Assembly: GCA_040753435.1 (NCBI GenBank)
Contig: JBFMEN010000069.1
Span: 47,551 to 111,550 of the forward strand
DNA length: 64,000 bases
Source: Candidatus Omnitrophota bacterium
GTDB lineage: Bacteria; Omnitrophota; Gorgyraeia; Zapsychrales; JANLHA01
Direction of reading: 5' to 3'
The position numbers were made by a program, and so were the translations under genes. The notes below the pieces were generated by a model, which saw only the letters and a list, made by a program, of their open reading frames with translations, was not told where the DNA came from and ran no database searches. This document shows positions 45,564-55,069 of the stretch, piece after piece. Each line of letters opens with the position of its first letter. The first letter of the stretch is position 1.

Positions 45564-47186
45564 ATGATGATTCTTATGATTGATAATTATGATTCATTTA
45601 CGTACAACATTGTTCAACTTGTTGAGACTCTGGGCTATAAAGTCAAATCGGTGCGTAATGATGAAATCACCTTGGATGAAATCGGCCGGATGAAGCCTTC
45701 ACACATCATTATTTCACCTGGGCCGGGAGATCCATCAGATGCCGGTATTTCGCTTAAAGTTATCCGTCGCTTTGGCTCAAAGATTCCAATCCTTGGCGTT
45801 TGTCTTGGTCATCAATGCATCATCCAGGCTTACGGCGGAAAAATTATCGGCGCGCAAAAAATTGTTCATGGAAAAACTTCGCAAATTGTGCATGACAACA
45901 AAGGACTTTTCCGTAATATTCCTCAAAATGCCGCAGTTGTCCGGTACCATTCATTGTGTGGCGATCCGGTTTCATTGCCGGAATGCCTTGAAGTGACCGC
46001 TGAGACGATTGACGATAAGACGATTATGGGCGTTCGTCACCGTAACTATCAGGTGGCGGGAGTGCAATTTCATCCCGAATCGATCGGTACGGAAATAGGC
46101 AGAAAACTAGTTCAGAATTTTTTTAATTATAAAATTGAGGAGCCGCAGAAGTTCGCGTTATTAAGCAAACTGATGCAAAAGACAAACTTAACGTTGATGG
46201 AAAGTTATGCTTTGATGGATGAGGTTACCGATGGCGAATTAACGGAAAGTCAACTGGGGGCTTTTCTGGGAGCGTTAAATGTCAAAGGCGTTACGCCGAC
46301 TGAATTAACTGGTTTTGTCCGTGTGCTTCGGGAGAAGACAGGAGTTCAATCCCAATTGAAAGGGTTGATCGATACGTGCGGAACCGGCGGTGACGGCAAG
46401 CATACCTTCAATATTTCAACGGCAGCTTCTCTTATTTGCGGGGCTGCCAATCTGAAAGTGGCCAAGCATGGTAATCGGGCGATGAGTTCAAAATCGGGAA
46501 GTTTTGACTTTTTAGACGCGCTGGGAATTGAAACCCAGGGGGATTTGAAAACCAATTTGTCTTCCATTCGAGAAAATAACTTCGCTTTCTTTTTTGCCCA
46601 AAAATTTCATGCCGCAATGCGCCATGTGGCAAAAACGCGCCAGGAGCTTAAGACCCGGACCGTCTTTAATATGATAGGTCCGCTCGCCAATCCGATGCCG
46701 CTGACCTATCAAATAACCGGTGTTTTTTCTTCCGGGATTCTGGATTTGTTTATTGAGACCATGAAAAAACTTGGAAGAAAACACGCGATGGTAGTTCATT
46801 CATGTGACGGGCTTGATGAAATAAGCGTGTGTGAAAAGACTATGGTCAGGGAATTGAAAAATGGTAAAATTCTGGCGTATGAGATCGACCCAAAAGATTA
46901 CGGAATCCCGGGTTTCAGCCTGAAAGATCTGGAAGGGAAATCCGCTTTGGACAACGCGGAAGTTTTTAGGCGTATCATCGGAAAGAAGAAACTGCCCAGA
47001 CGATTTTCGGCGATTAAATCTGCGATTTGTTTGAATGCAGGCGCTGCTATTTATGTCGGGAATAAGGCTAAGACGATCAGGGAAGGATATGAAGCCGCGT
47101 TGAGGATTATTGAAAGTAAAAATTTTGAAAATTATATACAAAGGCTTGCCAGGCGGCAGACTGGCGCCGGGACTGGTCGTAAGTGA
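45564..47186 (+). CDS. trpGD: Anthranilate synthase component II (glutamine amidotransferase) fused to anthranilate phosphoribosyltransferase (TrpG-TrpD)
   Basis: Class I GATase (ILMIDNYDSFTYNIVQ; GVCLGHQ; catalytic H...E region), then TrpD motifs (CGTGGDGKHTFNISTAAS; GNRAMSSKSGSFD). The ATG at 45564 follows AGCGAGG. Confidence 0.85.
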   Translation: MMILMIDNYDSFTYNIVQLVETLGYKVKSVRNDEITLDEIGRMKPSHIIISPGPGDPSDAGISLKVIRRFGSKIPILGVCLGHQCIIQAYGGKIIGAQKIVHGKTSQIVHDNKGLFRNIPQNAAVVRYHSLCGDPVSLPECLEVTAETIDDKTIMGVRHRNYQVAGVQFHPESIGTEIGRKLVQNFFNYKIEEPQKFALLSKLMQKTNLTLMESYALMDEVTDGELTESQLGAFLGALNVKGVTPTELTGFVRVLREKTGVQSQLKGLIDTCGTGGDGKHTFNISTAASLICGAANLKVAKHGNRAMSSKSGSFDFLDALGIETQGDLKTNLSSIRENNFAFFFAQKFHAAMRHVAKTRQELKTRTVFNMIGPLANPMPLTYQITGVFSSGILDLFIETMKKLGRKHAMVVHSCDGLDEISVCEKTMVRELKNGKILAYEIDPKDYGIPGFSLKDLEGKSALDNAEVFRRIIGKKKLPRRFSAIKSAICLNAGAAIYVGNKAKTIREGYEAALRIIESKNFENYIQRLARRQTGAGTGRK

Positions 47187-47211
47187 ACAGTCCTTCGATA
47201 ACACGACGTCT

Positions 47212-48420
47212 ATGAGTAAATATTTTGGACAATTCGGCGGACAGTATGTGGGCGAGGTTTTAAAACCCGCGCTGATCGAACTTGAGAAAGCGGTGCGGGA
47301 TATTTTACCCTCAGCAGATTTTCAAAATAATCTTGGCGAAATGCTGAAGAATTATGCCGGCCGTCCGACACCGTTATATTTCGCAGAGAATGCTACGCGT
47401 GATCTGAATGGAGCAAAAGTTTATATTAAACTTGAAGGTTTAGCGAACACCGGCGCGCATAAAATTAACAATGCCCTTGGACAGGTGCTGCTTGCGAAAA
47501 AAATGGGGAAACGGAGGGTGATCGCTGAAACCGGCGCTGGGCAACATGGGGTGGCAACCGCGGCAGCCGCCGCCAAGCTCGGACTGGAATGTGAAGTTTT
47601 TATGGGCGCGGTTGATGTTCGGAGACAACAGCCGAATGTTTTTTTGATGAAACAATATGGAGCAACGGTGACTGAAGTAAACGAAGGGACGCGGACGTTA
47701 AAAGATGCCGTGAACCGCGCCTTGAAAGAATGGGCTGTTCGCTCTAATGACACTTTCTATGTGCTCGGCTCGGCCCTGGGTCCGTATCCTTATCCTGATA
47801 TGGTTCGTGAATTCCAGTCTGTTATCGGGAGGGAGATCCGTGATGAAATCCTTAAACGAGAAGGCCGCCTGCCGGATATTTTGATCGCCTGCTGCGGCGG
47901 AGGATCCAACGCGATAGGGACATTTACATCATTTATGAATGATGCGCTGGTCAAAATGATCGCGGTTGAAGCCGGCGGCACTGGTGATAAACCGGGTGAG
48001 CATGCAACACGGATGAAGGGGGCCGGACGGCTCGGGATCATTGAAGGGTATAAATCATTTTTCCTCCAGGATGAAGATGGTCAGGTCCTTCCGACCCACT
48101 CCATATCTGCCGGGCTTGATTATGCAGGGATCGGACCGCAGGTGGCCTTGATGGGAGTTGAGGGGCGTATTCAATTTGAAAAGGCTTGTGATCAGGAGGT
48201 CCTGAAGGCGTATCAGTATTTCGCCAGAAAAGAAGGTTTGCTATTCGCCCTTGAATCTGCACATGCAGCCGCACACGCGTTAAAAATCATTCCCGGGTTA
48301 TCAAAGAATCAAATTGTAGTGATTACAATGTCGGGCCGCGGAGACAAGGATATTTTTATTACTGCCAAAGAACTGTACACGGAAGAGTGGAAGAAGTTTT
48401 TAAAAAATGAAAGCAATTAG
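47212..48420 (+). CDS. trpB: Tryptophan synthase beta subunit
   Basis: FGQFGGQYV at the N-terminus, PLP-lysine region GLANTGAHKINNALGQ and GGGSNAIG. The true start is the ATG at 47212; the listed ORF at 47110 overlaps trpD. Confidence 0.9.
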   Translation: MSKYFGQFGGQYVGEVLKPALIELEKAVRDILPSADFQNNLGEMLKNYAGRPTPLYFAENATRDLNGAKVYIKLEGLANTGAHKINNALGQVLLAKKMGKRRVIAETGAGQHGVATAAAAAKLGLECEVFMGAVDVRRQQPNVFLMKQYGATVTEVNEGTRTLKDAVNRALKEWAVRSNDTFYVLGSALGPYPYPDMVREFQSVIGREIRDEILKREGRLPDILIACCGGGSNAIGTFTSFMNDALVKMIAVEAGGTGDKPGEHATRMKGAGRLGIIEGYKSFFLQDEDGQVLPTHSISAGLDYAGIGPQVALMGVEGRIQFEKACDQEVLKAYQYFARKEGLLFALESAHAAAHALKIIPGLSKNQIVVITMSGRGDKDIFITAKELYTEEWKKFLKNESN

Positions 48421-48446
48421 CAGCCAGCCGCAGGGCAGGAGTTATT

Positions 48447-49181
48447 ATGTCTATCAAAATCATGACCCATCTTGTCGCGGGATTTCCTGATCCTGATGGT
48501 TTCAGAAAGGCCCTGAAGGGACTCAAAGAAGGAGGTTCGGATATCCTGGAGCTTCAGATCCCATTTTCTGATCCAACGGCTGATGGACCAGTCATCACTA
48601 ATGCCTGTGAGCAAGCTATTGCGCGTGGTTTTAAAGTCCACCAGACTTTTGATTATATTCAACAGGCCAGACAGGAAGGGTTTGAGCGAATTATAGTTAT
48701 GACCTACGCCAATATAGCCTTTAATTACGGGATAAAGAAATATGTCGTTGATTTAAAAAGTGCGGGTGTTGAGGCGGCCCTTGTCCCTGATCTGCCGCTG
48801 GAAGATGAAGAAGGATTTTATCAATGTGCTTTTGAAAACGGTTTGGAACCCATGCCGGTTGCCGTGGTTGGAATGCCGGCCGGGCGACTGGAGCTGTTGA
48901 ATGGGAAACCGTTTAAAAAGATCTACATTTCTCTTCGCGCCGGGACGACTGGAAAAACAACCGATATTTCTCAAGAAACCCAGGAGTTTCTAGATACCTT
49001 ATCGAAGTATGAACGTTTCGCCGGATTCGGCATCAGGTCACGCGAACAGGTTCAGTTGCTGCAAGGCCATGCTGAGGCGGCGGTTATCGGATCTTATTTT
49101 ACGTCATTGATTCAAGATGCCTGCTTGAGCAAAAAGGATATTGGCAGGGAATTAAAATCAGCAATGAGCATCTTGAAATAA
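48447..49181 (+). CDS. trpA: Tryptophan synthase alpha subunit
   Basis: LVAGFPDPDGF...LELQIPFSDPTADGPVI matches the TrpA N-terminus. Confidence 0.8.
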   Translation: MSIKIMTHLVAGFPDPDGFRKALKGLKEGGSDILELQIPFSDPTADGPVITNACEQAIARGFKVHQTFDYIQQARQEGFERIIVMTYANIAFNYGIKKYVVDLKSAGVEAALVPDLPLEDEEGFYQCAFENGLEPMPVAVVGMPAGRLELLNGKPFKKIYISLRAGTTGKTTDISQETQEFLDTLSKYERFAGFGIRSREQVQLLQGHAEAAVIGSYFTSLIQDACLSKKDIGRELKSAMSILK

Positions 49182-49230
49182 TTTCAACCCTTCAATTGAT
49201 ATTTAAATTTCCTTCTGTTACCATTTCCGT

Positions 49231-51165
49231 ATGCGGTCTCTTCAAAATTTTTCTTATTATCTATCCCGATTTGTTTTCTGGCTTTTTCCAGCCATTGTGC
49301 TGGAGCCTGTTTTCTTTATGCAGTTTTTGCCGACTCCTACCGGGGTCGTTATTATTTATCTTGAGGTTCTGGTCTGGGGTATTTTATTATTTTTAACAAT
49401 CTTCTTTTTTTCCGGTTTCTACGCAAGCAGTGTTGATTTGATCACGGAACGTTCTCCCGTCATTTATCTCTCCCAAATCAAATCGAACTTTAAACGATTC
49501 TGGTTTCCGTATACAATTTTTCTTGCTACCCCTTATATTATTCACCTTGTTTTTTACTTTTTTTCCTATATTCAAGATTCGGAATCGTTGAATATCCGGC
49601 TTATTCGGGGCGCATTGGATGGTATTTTGCTGCTTGTTTTCATAAGCGTAATCATGAAGCGAAAGGAAAAAGAATTTAATTGTTTCGAGTTTTTCAGGTA
49701 TGTACTTTTAACTCCCCGATTTTTTGTATTTTTGATCTTTGCCGCGCTTATTTTTCTTTGTGAATTTTTCTATATCCAGATCCCTTTGAATTACAGATCC
49801 TGGTTAGCGCTGTTATTGATTACAATGAATCAGTTCCTTCATTTCAGTCTCTTAAGCGTTTTGTTAAACGCGGTTTATTTATCGAATAAAACGATCTTTA
49901 CGCGTAATGACGCCCCCGAGATTTATTTTGTTGATCCGTCCAGCCCCGGTATTTATCGATCCGTGATTGCGGGCTTGATGTCGGAAGGATCCGGTATCTT
50001 TTCATTAATTAAAGCGCTGACTCCCCCGAAATATAAATTAAAAGAGTTTCGATGGGTTATGTGGCGAAATGAGATGTTCTGCGATGGAAAACTTGTCGCC
50101 ATTACATGTTTTACATCAAATTGCGCGGAAGCTTATTGGGTTGCCAAACGGTTTAAAGAAAGAGGATCCAAAGTGGTCATGGGAGGGCCTCATGTCATGT
50201 TTATGACGGAGGAAGCTCTGACATTTTGCGATTCAGTCGTTATGGGTGAGTTGGAGACCGTTTGGGAAGAAATTATAAAAGATTTTGAAAACGGGGCGAT
50301 GAAACCAGTCTATGATCGCAGGTGTGAAGATGTTCCAGAGCGGATTTGGGAAAAAGTCCGGGATTTGTCCGGAAAAGAATTGGAACCCATTCTTCAAATC
50401 GGGAGGGGCTGTAAATACAACTGTGATTTTTGTTCGATTTCAGCGATGACGAACAGAAAAATCCGTTATTTCAACCTTGATCATGTGGTTGATATGGTAA
50501 AGAAGGTGACAAATTTCCGTCCCGGAAAGTGGCTTCTTTTTTTTGACAGCAATATTTATTTGAATCCTCAACGGTTCCGGGAATTCGCTGAAAGGATGAT
50601 TCCTTTTAAGATCAAATGGAATTCGTCGTGCAGTATCGACATTGCCGGGAATGAAGAGGACCTGGCTCTGGCGAGAAAATCCGGTTGCGAAGCATTACTG
50701 ATTGGTTATGAAGTTTCTGACGAATCACCGGAGGCAGCGAAAGGCGGCAAGTTTTCTTATGCGAAAAAATATGTCGAGATGACTAAAAAAATTCACAAGG
50801 CCGGGATAGGCGTTAAGGCTCACTTTATGTGTGGATTTGAGAAGGAAGATACTAAAGTTTTATTTCGTTTATGGTGGCTGTCCTTCAGATTATTCCCAAT
50901 GACGGCGGCTGTTCTTGTGTTGACGCCTTTCCCCGGCACTGCTGTTACAAACAAACTTTTTAATGAGGAGCGGATTAATAATTTAAATTGGGCCAATTAT
51001 GATTGTATAAATCTTGTTTTTGAACACCCGTCATTTAACCCTGTTCTTTTTAAGTTGTTTTTCCCGGTCTTTCTCACCTTTTTCTTTTTGACGACCAGCC
51101 GATTAGGAATATTTCTCATGGGTTTACTAATATGGCAAAGCTTTTTGTCTGGTTTTTTGCATTAA
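49231..51165 (+). CDS. Membrane-anchored B12-binding-domain radical SAM protein
   Basis: About 250 aa of polytopic hydrophobic N-terminus. Then a cobalamin-binding-like Rossmann region (KLVAITCFTSNCAEAYWVAKRFKERGSKVVMGGPHV) and the radical-SAM cluster motif GRGCKYNCDFCS (CxxxCxxC). Additional C-terminal hydrophobic helices. The start codon is uncertain. Confidence 0.6.
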   Translation: MRSLQNFSYYLSRFVFWLFPAIVLEPVFFMQFLPTPTGVVIIYLEVLVWGILLFLTIFFFSGFYASSVDLITERSPVIYLSQIKSNFKRFWFPYTIFLATPYIIHLVFYFFSYIQDSESLNIRLIRGALDGILLLVFISVIMKRKEKEFNCFEFFRYVLLTPRFFVFLIFAALIFLCEFFYIQIPLNYRSWLALLLITMNQFLHFSLLSVLLNAVYLSNKTIFTRNDAPEIYFVDPSSPGIYRSVIAGLMSEGSGIFSLIKALTPPKYKLKEFRWVMWRNEMFCDGKLVAITCFTSNCAEAYWVAKRFKERGSKVVMGGPHVMFMTEEALTFCDSVVMGELETVWEEIIKDFENGAMKPVYDRRCEDVPERIWEKVRDLSGKELEPILQIGRGCKYNCDFCSISAMTNRKIRYFNLDHVVDMVKKVTNFRPGKWLLFFDSNIYLNPQRFREFAERMIPFKIKWNSSCSIDIAGNEEDLALARKSGCEALLIGYEVSDESPEAAKGGKFSYAKKYVEMTKKIHKAGIGVKAHFMCGFEKEDTKVLFRLWWLSFRLFPMTAAVLVLTPFPGTAVTNKLFNEERINNLNWANYDCINLVFEHPSFNPVLFKLFFPVFLTFFFLTTSRLGIFLMGLLIWQSFLSGFLH

Positions 51166-51768
51166 CGCTATTTCAAGTGACAGAATCTGGAAGGCGTAAA
51201 CGCTGATGATGGCCCAAATGATGAAGTTGTGAAAAGGGATTTTAAAAGCAAGGATCACATCAATGAAAATAAAAATGATGAGACCTGTGCGCCCGTACTG
51301 GTTCATCCTGACAATTAAATCAACCATAGAAAAGGCATGAAGCTCGCTGGAAAGTTTTTCGGAAAGTTCGAAAAGAGACATTCTTTCTAAAGATTCTTTT
51401 GGATAGCGCCGTTCAATGATAGGAAGGATTGTGTTTTTGATGAAATGCCGTTCCTTACTTTCGAAAATCAGCATGATGATAAAAATTAATGTGGCTGCGG
51501 CAAGTATGGCGGGGTGAAAAAGATTTCTGGCGGTGATGGCAACAATGAGTGCAGACAGAACCATTTTTAAGGACAGCCCGGCTGTATGGATTATCGAGAT
51601 TGTTTGTTTCCCTGAGACGGGGCTTTTTTTGATGATTTGAAGCGACCAGTAACGTGCAGCCAAATCGTTGAAGATAGTCGCAGCGATCATTCTTGAAGAA
51701 GAGAGTTTAGCCGCTGTTTTTGGAACAGGAATTATTAATTGCCCGGTTGATTGTTGAGGATTTTCCAT
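51127..51768 (-). CDS. Hypothetical polytopic membrane protein
   Basis: A 213-aa ORF with at least four hydrophobic helices and no recognised motif. Convergent with the rSAM gene, with a ~39-nt 3' overlap. Confidence 0.4.
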   Translation of the reverse strand: MENPQQSTGQLIIPVPKTAAKLSSSRMIAATIFNDLAARYWSLQIIKKSPVSGKQTISIIHTAGLSLKMVLSALIVAITARNLFHPAILAAATLIFIIMLIFESKERHFIKNTILPIIERRYPKESLERMSLFELSEKLSSELHAFSMVDLIVRMNQYGRTGLIIFIFIDVILAFKIPFHNFIIWAIISVYAFQILSLEIALMQKTRQKALPY

Positions 51769-52724
51769 AATTCTTTCGGCTCCTGGCCAACTCGCCAGAA
51801 CGCGACTTTTTTGACCTTTTGTTGATTATACGCGTCGATTTTCGATGTCAAGGATTGGAGGTCTTCAAAGTGTACCGAGATATTGACTGTGTCCTGATAC
51901 TCAAAATACGGGCTGCCGCTTTCGGTCAGTTTGATAGAGCACCTTTTTTCCTGGCACAACTGAAGGGTCTCTGGATGTTTAAGTGCTTTAGCCAGCGTTT
52001 CGATTTGCCATGACCGTCCGTAAAGGGGAAGACCCATTACAAGCTTTTCTTCCGGAATATGTATTCGTGAAAAATCCAGGACCTTTTTGCACCAATCAAG
52101 TGATGCAATCGGGCCGGGAGGGCCTGTTCGCCAATGCTCATCATAAGCCATAACAATGACGCGGTCAGCAATCCCTGCAATTACAGCATAATCAAAAGGA
52201 TTTTCCGTGCTCCACCATCTGGCGGGAACGGCAACGGAAAATATTTTAGTTTTTGGAAGCTTGTCTCTAATCTCCTGCAGAAAAGACAAGTAAGAATCCT
52301 TATCTTCCCAGTTAAGCGATTCAAAATCGATCTGAATCCCGTCGAAATTTGCCGAAAGTTCGATGATATCGGCAATCAGCTGGTTTCGCAATGGAAAGTC
52401 CGGCCGTAAACAGAAATTTAGTATTGTTTTGTTCCAGGGCGCTGAAATGACCAGATGGATCCGCACAGGCTTATCGAATTCGCCTTTCAAATCCGGTCGT
52501 TGGATATCTTTCTTCAGAGCGCCTTGTTCATTAATGGCTGCACTGAAGTAACCGATGTCCGTAAATGGCATTGAATTGCTCAAATATGTTTCTTCACCTT
52601 TCATTACGTATCCCCACACTTCAGGAAAGACATAATTTTTCTGAGAAGTCTGATCAGCTGTCCTGACTGGAAATGTTAATACCAGCAAGGCGGCAAGAGA
52701 GAAAAGAAAAATTTTGATTTTCAT
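51735..52724 (-). CDS. Glycoside hydrolase family 18-like protein (secreted)
   Basis: Signal peptide, then the GH18 catalytic-type motif FDGIQIDFES (compare DGIDIDWE) and upstream strand motifs. Confidence 0.6.
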   Translation of the reverse strand: MKIKIFLFSLAALLVLTFPVRTADQTSQKNYVFPEVWGYVMKGEETYLSNSMPFTDIGYFSAAINEQGALKKDIQRPDLKGEFDKPVRIHLVISAPWNKTILNFCLRPDFPLRNQLIADIIELSANFDGIQIDFESLNWEDKDSYLSFLQEIRDKLPKTKIFSVAVPARWWSTENPFDYAVIAGIADRVIVMAYDEHWRTGPPGPIASLDWCKKVLDFSRIHIPEEKLVMGLPLYGRSWQIETLAKALKHPETLQLCQEKRCSIKLTESGSPYFEYQDTVNISVHFEDLQSLTSKIDAYNQQKVKKVAFWRVGQEPKELWKILNNQPGN

Positions 52725-53284
52725 AAATAAAAGCCTGCAATTTTTTCTTTGATTGAATCCGAGGTTTCTTTGTTTAAGAGTTTTGCGATTATGGCCAGGG
52801 CAAACTGAATCGCAGTTCCTGCACCCCGGCTGGTGATGACGTTGCTGTCGATTACGACAGCTTCCTCGACGAATACCGTAGATTCATTAAAAGAATCTTC
52901 CATGCCGGGAAAACATGTTGCTTTTTTTCGATCCAAGATACCGGCCGGAGCAAGCACCAGGGCCGGCGCTGCGCAAATAGCGGCAATGAGTTTCTTTTCA
53001 CGGTTCATTATTGTTAAAAAGGAACTAACCAAATCGGATTTCGCGAGATTGGGTGAGCCCGGAGTTCCGCCGGGTAAAATACAGGCATCAAAGTCTGAGC
53101 CGGCACTCTCCAAAGCGATATCTGTCTTGATGGCAATGCCGTGGGAACCCGTTACAAAATTTTCTTTGTTATTCAATCCTGCAATCATCACGTCAATGCC
53201 GGCCCGGCGAAGGATATCAATGGGAGTAACTGCTTCAATTTCTTCAAAACCGTCCGCCAAAATAATCAACGCGCTTTTTTTCAT
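52721..53284 (-). CDS. DJ-1/PfpI (ThiJ/YajL) family protein
   Basis: ALIILADGFEEIEAVTPIDILRRAGIDV..., nucleophile elbow AAICAAP and ...ITSRG. Start taken at MKKSAL; AAAGG lies 9 nt upstream on the minus strand. Confidence 0.8.
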   Translation of the reverse strand: MKKSALIILADGFEEIEAVTPIDILRRAGIDVMIAGLNNKENFVTGSHGIAIKTDIALESAGSDFDACILPGGTPGSPNLAKSDLVSSFLTIMNREKKLIAAICAAPALVLAPAGILDRKKATCFPGMEDSFNESTVFVEEAVVIDSNVITSRGAGTAIQFALAIIAKLLNKETSDSIKEKIAGFYL

Positions 53285-53485
53285 AACAACCGACCTTTTG
53301 TTAATACATTCATTTTCCGAATTCATATGTCAAATAATTCGTATGTGATGAATAATTTTAGATGAAAAAAAGTTTTTTTACAACCCATTTCACGTCCAAG
53401 GATTTTTCTTGAAAATTTTTTTAAAATGACATAAAGTAGTGGCAATCCGGCAATCGGGCTGGTTTGAAATTGAAAGGGGGATGGT

Positions 53486-54115
53486 ATGAAGAAGATTTGG
53501 TTTATGTTTGCATGTTTGACGATGTGTGCGGGTTTGGTGATGTCATCAGCGGCGATTGCGCAAGAAGAAGAAATATATCCCGTTCAGATTTCACTATTCA
53601 ATCCTGCGCAGATTTTCCCACAAGACACATCAATCTCCGGGTTGCGCATTAACTTTATTTATGGTTTAAACGAAAATGTCACAGGTCTTGATCTTGGTAT
53701 CGCCAATATGACCAACGGGAATTTTAAAGGTTTGGGTTATGGTTTGATTAATTATACCAAGGGGAATGTGACCGGGGAGCAAGGCGGCCTGGTGACTTTT
53801 GTTGAAGGTGATGTTATCGGCGCGATCTCGGGTCTGGTGGCGATCGGCCAGGGGGATGTCAGCGGCGGTTCTGCCGGTTTTGTTAATTATGTAAACGGGA
53901 ATGTCTCAGGCGCCATGTTCGGCGGTTTGAACTATTCATCTAATATGGAAGGGCTTCAGCTTGGTGTTGTGAACTATACTGAAGAAATGGACGGATTCCA
54001 GTTTGGGTTAGTAAACTGGACCGCCAGACTCCAGGGACTTCAAATTGGTTTATTAAACATCGCATCGGAAAAAGAAATGCTTCCGATCCTTCCATTTGTC
54101 AATGCCGCTTGGTAA
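53486..54115 (+). CDS. Secreted Gly/Asn-rich repeat protein (probable outer-membrane/surface protein)
   Basis: Signal peptide (MFACLTMCAGLVMSSAAIAQE), then ~17-aa quasi-repeats G(L/F)xNYxxGNVxG... (GLINYTKGNVTGEQGG; GFVNYVNGNVSGAMFGG; GVVNYTEEMDGFQFG; GLVNWTARLQGLQIG). Ends ...NAAW. Confidence 0.5.
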   Translation: MKKIWFMFACLTMCAGLVMSSAAIAQEEEIYPVQISLFNPAQIFPQDTSISGLRINFIYGLNENVTGLDLGIANMTNGNFKGLGYGLINYTKGNVTGEQGGLVTFVEGDVIGAISGLVAIGQGDVSGGSAGFVNYVNGNVSGAMFGGLNYSSNMEGLQLGVVNYTEEMDGFQFGLVNWTARLQGLQIGLLNIASEKEMLPILPFVNAAW

Positions 54116-54162
54116 GATAACTGTTAAATCGGTGTTTTTGAAGAAGCCGAGTGTGTTTCAAA

Positions 54163-54197
54163 GGGGGGTGGCTTGTTAGACAAGCCGCCCCTTTTTT
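54163..54197 (+). terminator. Rho-independent terminator after the repeat-protein gene
   Basis: GGGGGGTGGCTTG - TTAGA - CAAGCCGCCCC followed by TTTTTT: an 11-bp GC-rich stem, 5-nt loop and T-run. A second weaker element, CCCGCGGGG+T7, lies at ~54211-54226. Confidence 0.6.
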
Positions 54198-54298
54198 GAT
54201 CCTGAATGTTCCCGCGGGGTTTTTTTGTTTTATATTGCTTGCCTATAGGATTTCGCTATAATATTTTGAATTCAAATAATAAATAAAAGGGGCGACGT

Positions 54299-55069
54299 AT
54301 GAAGGTTGTGATTCTGGCAGGAGGTTACGGCTCCCGGTTGGGGACAATAACCGAAGTTGTGCCAAAACCGATGGTCAAGATCGGGAACAAGCCCATTCTA
54401 TGGCATATCATGAAGTATTTTTCGTCTTTCGGTCATAAAGATTTTGTGTTAAGTCTGGGCTATAAAGCGGAAGTTATCAAAGACTTCTTTTATCATTATC
54501 ATATCCAGGTTAATAATTTTACAATTCAATTAGGCAGCAAAAAGATAGACTTTCATGATGCCCACGATGAAGCCGATTGGAGCGTCACGCTGGTTGATAC
54601 CGGCATAGATACCCTTAAAGGGGCCCGTATAAAAAGACTTGAACGATTTTTGGATGATGTGAATTTGTTGACGTATGGGGACGGGCTTGCGGACGTCGAT
54701 ATTAATAAACTGGTCGCCTTTCATCGGTCGCATGGAAAGATTTTGACTGTCACCGGAGTTTATCCTCCCGCACGTTTTGGCGAGATTATTGCCAAAAAAG
54801 GTGAGGTAACTGCGTTTCAGGAGAAAAAACAAACATCATCTGGAAGGATTAATGGCGGTTTTATGATTTTTGATAAACGCCTTCTGGAATATTTATCCGA
54901 TGAGGAATTTTGCGATTTGGAGTTTGAAATTTTTCCACGCCTGGTCGCCAAAGGCGAGATGATGGTTTATGACCATGACGGAAGTTGGGAATGCATTGAT
55001 ACGGAACGGGATCTCCTGCATTTGAACAAATTATGGCGCGATGGATTGGCATTTTGGAAAAAGTGGTGA
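54299..55069 (+). CDS. rfbF: Glucose-1-phosphate cytidylyltransferase
   Basis: MKVVILAGGYGSRLGTITEVVPKPMVKIGNKPILWHIM matches the RfbF/DdhA N-terminus almost residue for residue. Confidence 0.85.
   Translation: MKVVILAGGYGSRLGTITEVVPKPMVKIGNKPILWHIMKYFSSFGHKDFVLSLGYKAEVIKDFFYHYHIQVNNFTIQLGSKKIDFHDAHDEADWSVTLVDTGIDTLKGARIKRLERFLDDVNLLTYGDGLADVDINKLVAFHRSHGKILTVTGVYPPARFGEIIAKKGEVTAFQEKKQTSSGRINGGFMIFDKRLLEYLSDEEFCDLEFEIFPRLVAKGEMMVYDHDGSWECIDTERDLLHLNKLWRDGLAFWKKW

Noticed and set aside
54211-54226. Second possible terminator CCCGCGGGG followed by a T-run downstream of the main terminator
   Set aside because: The stem is only 3-4 bp with essentially no loop. It is probably just a GC palindrome next to a T-rich promoter region.
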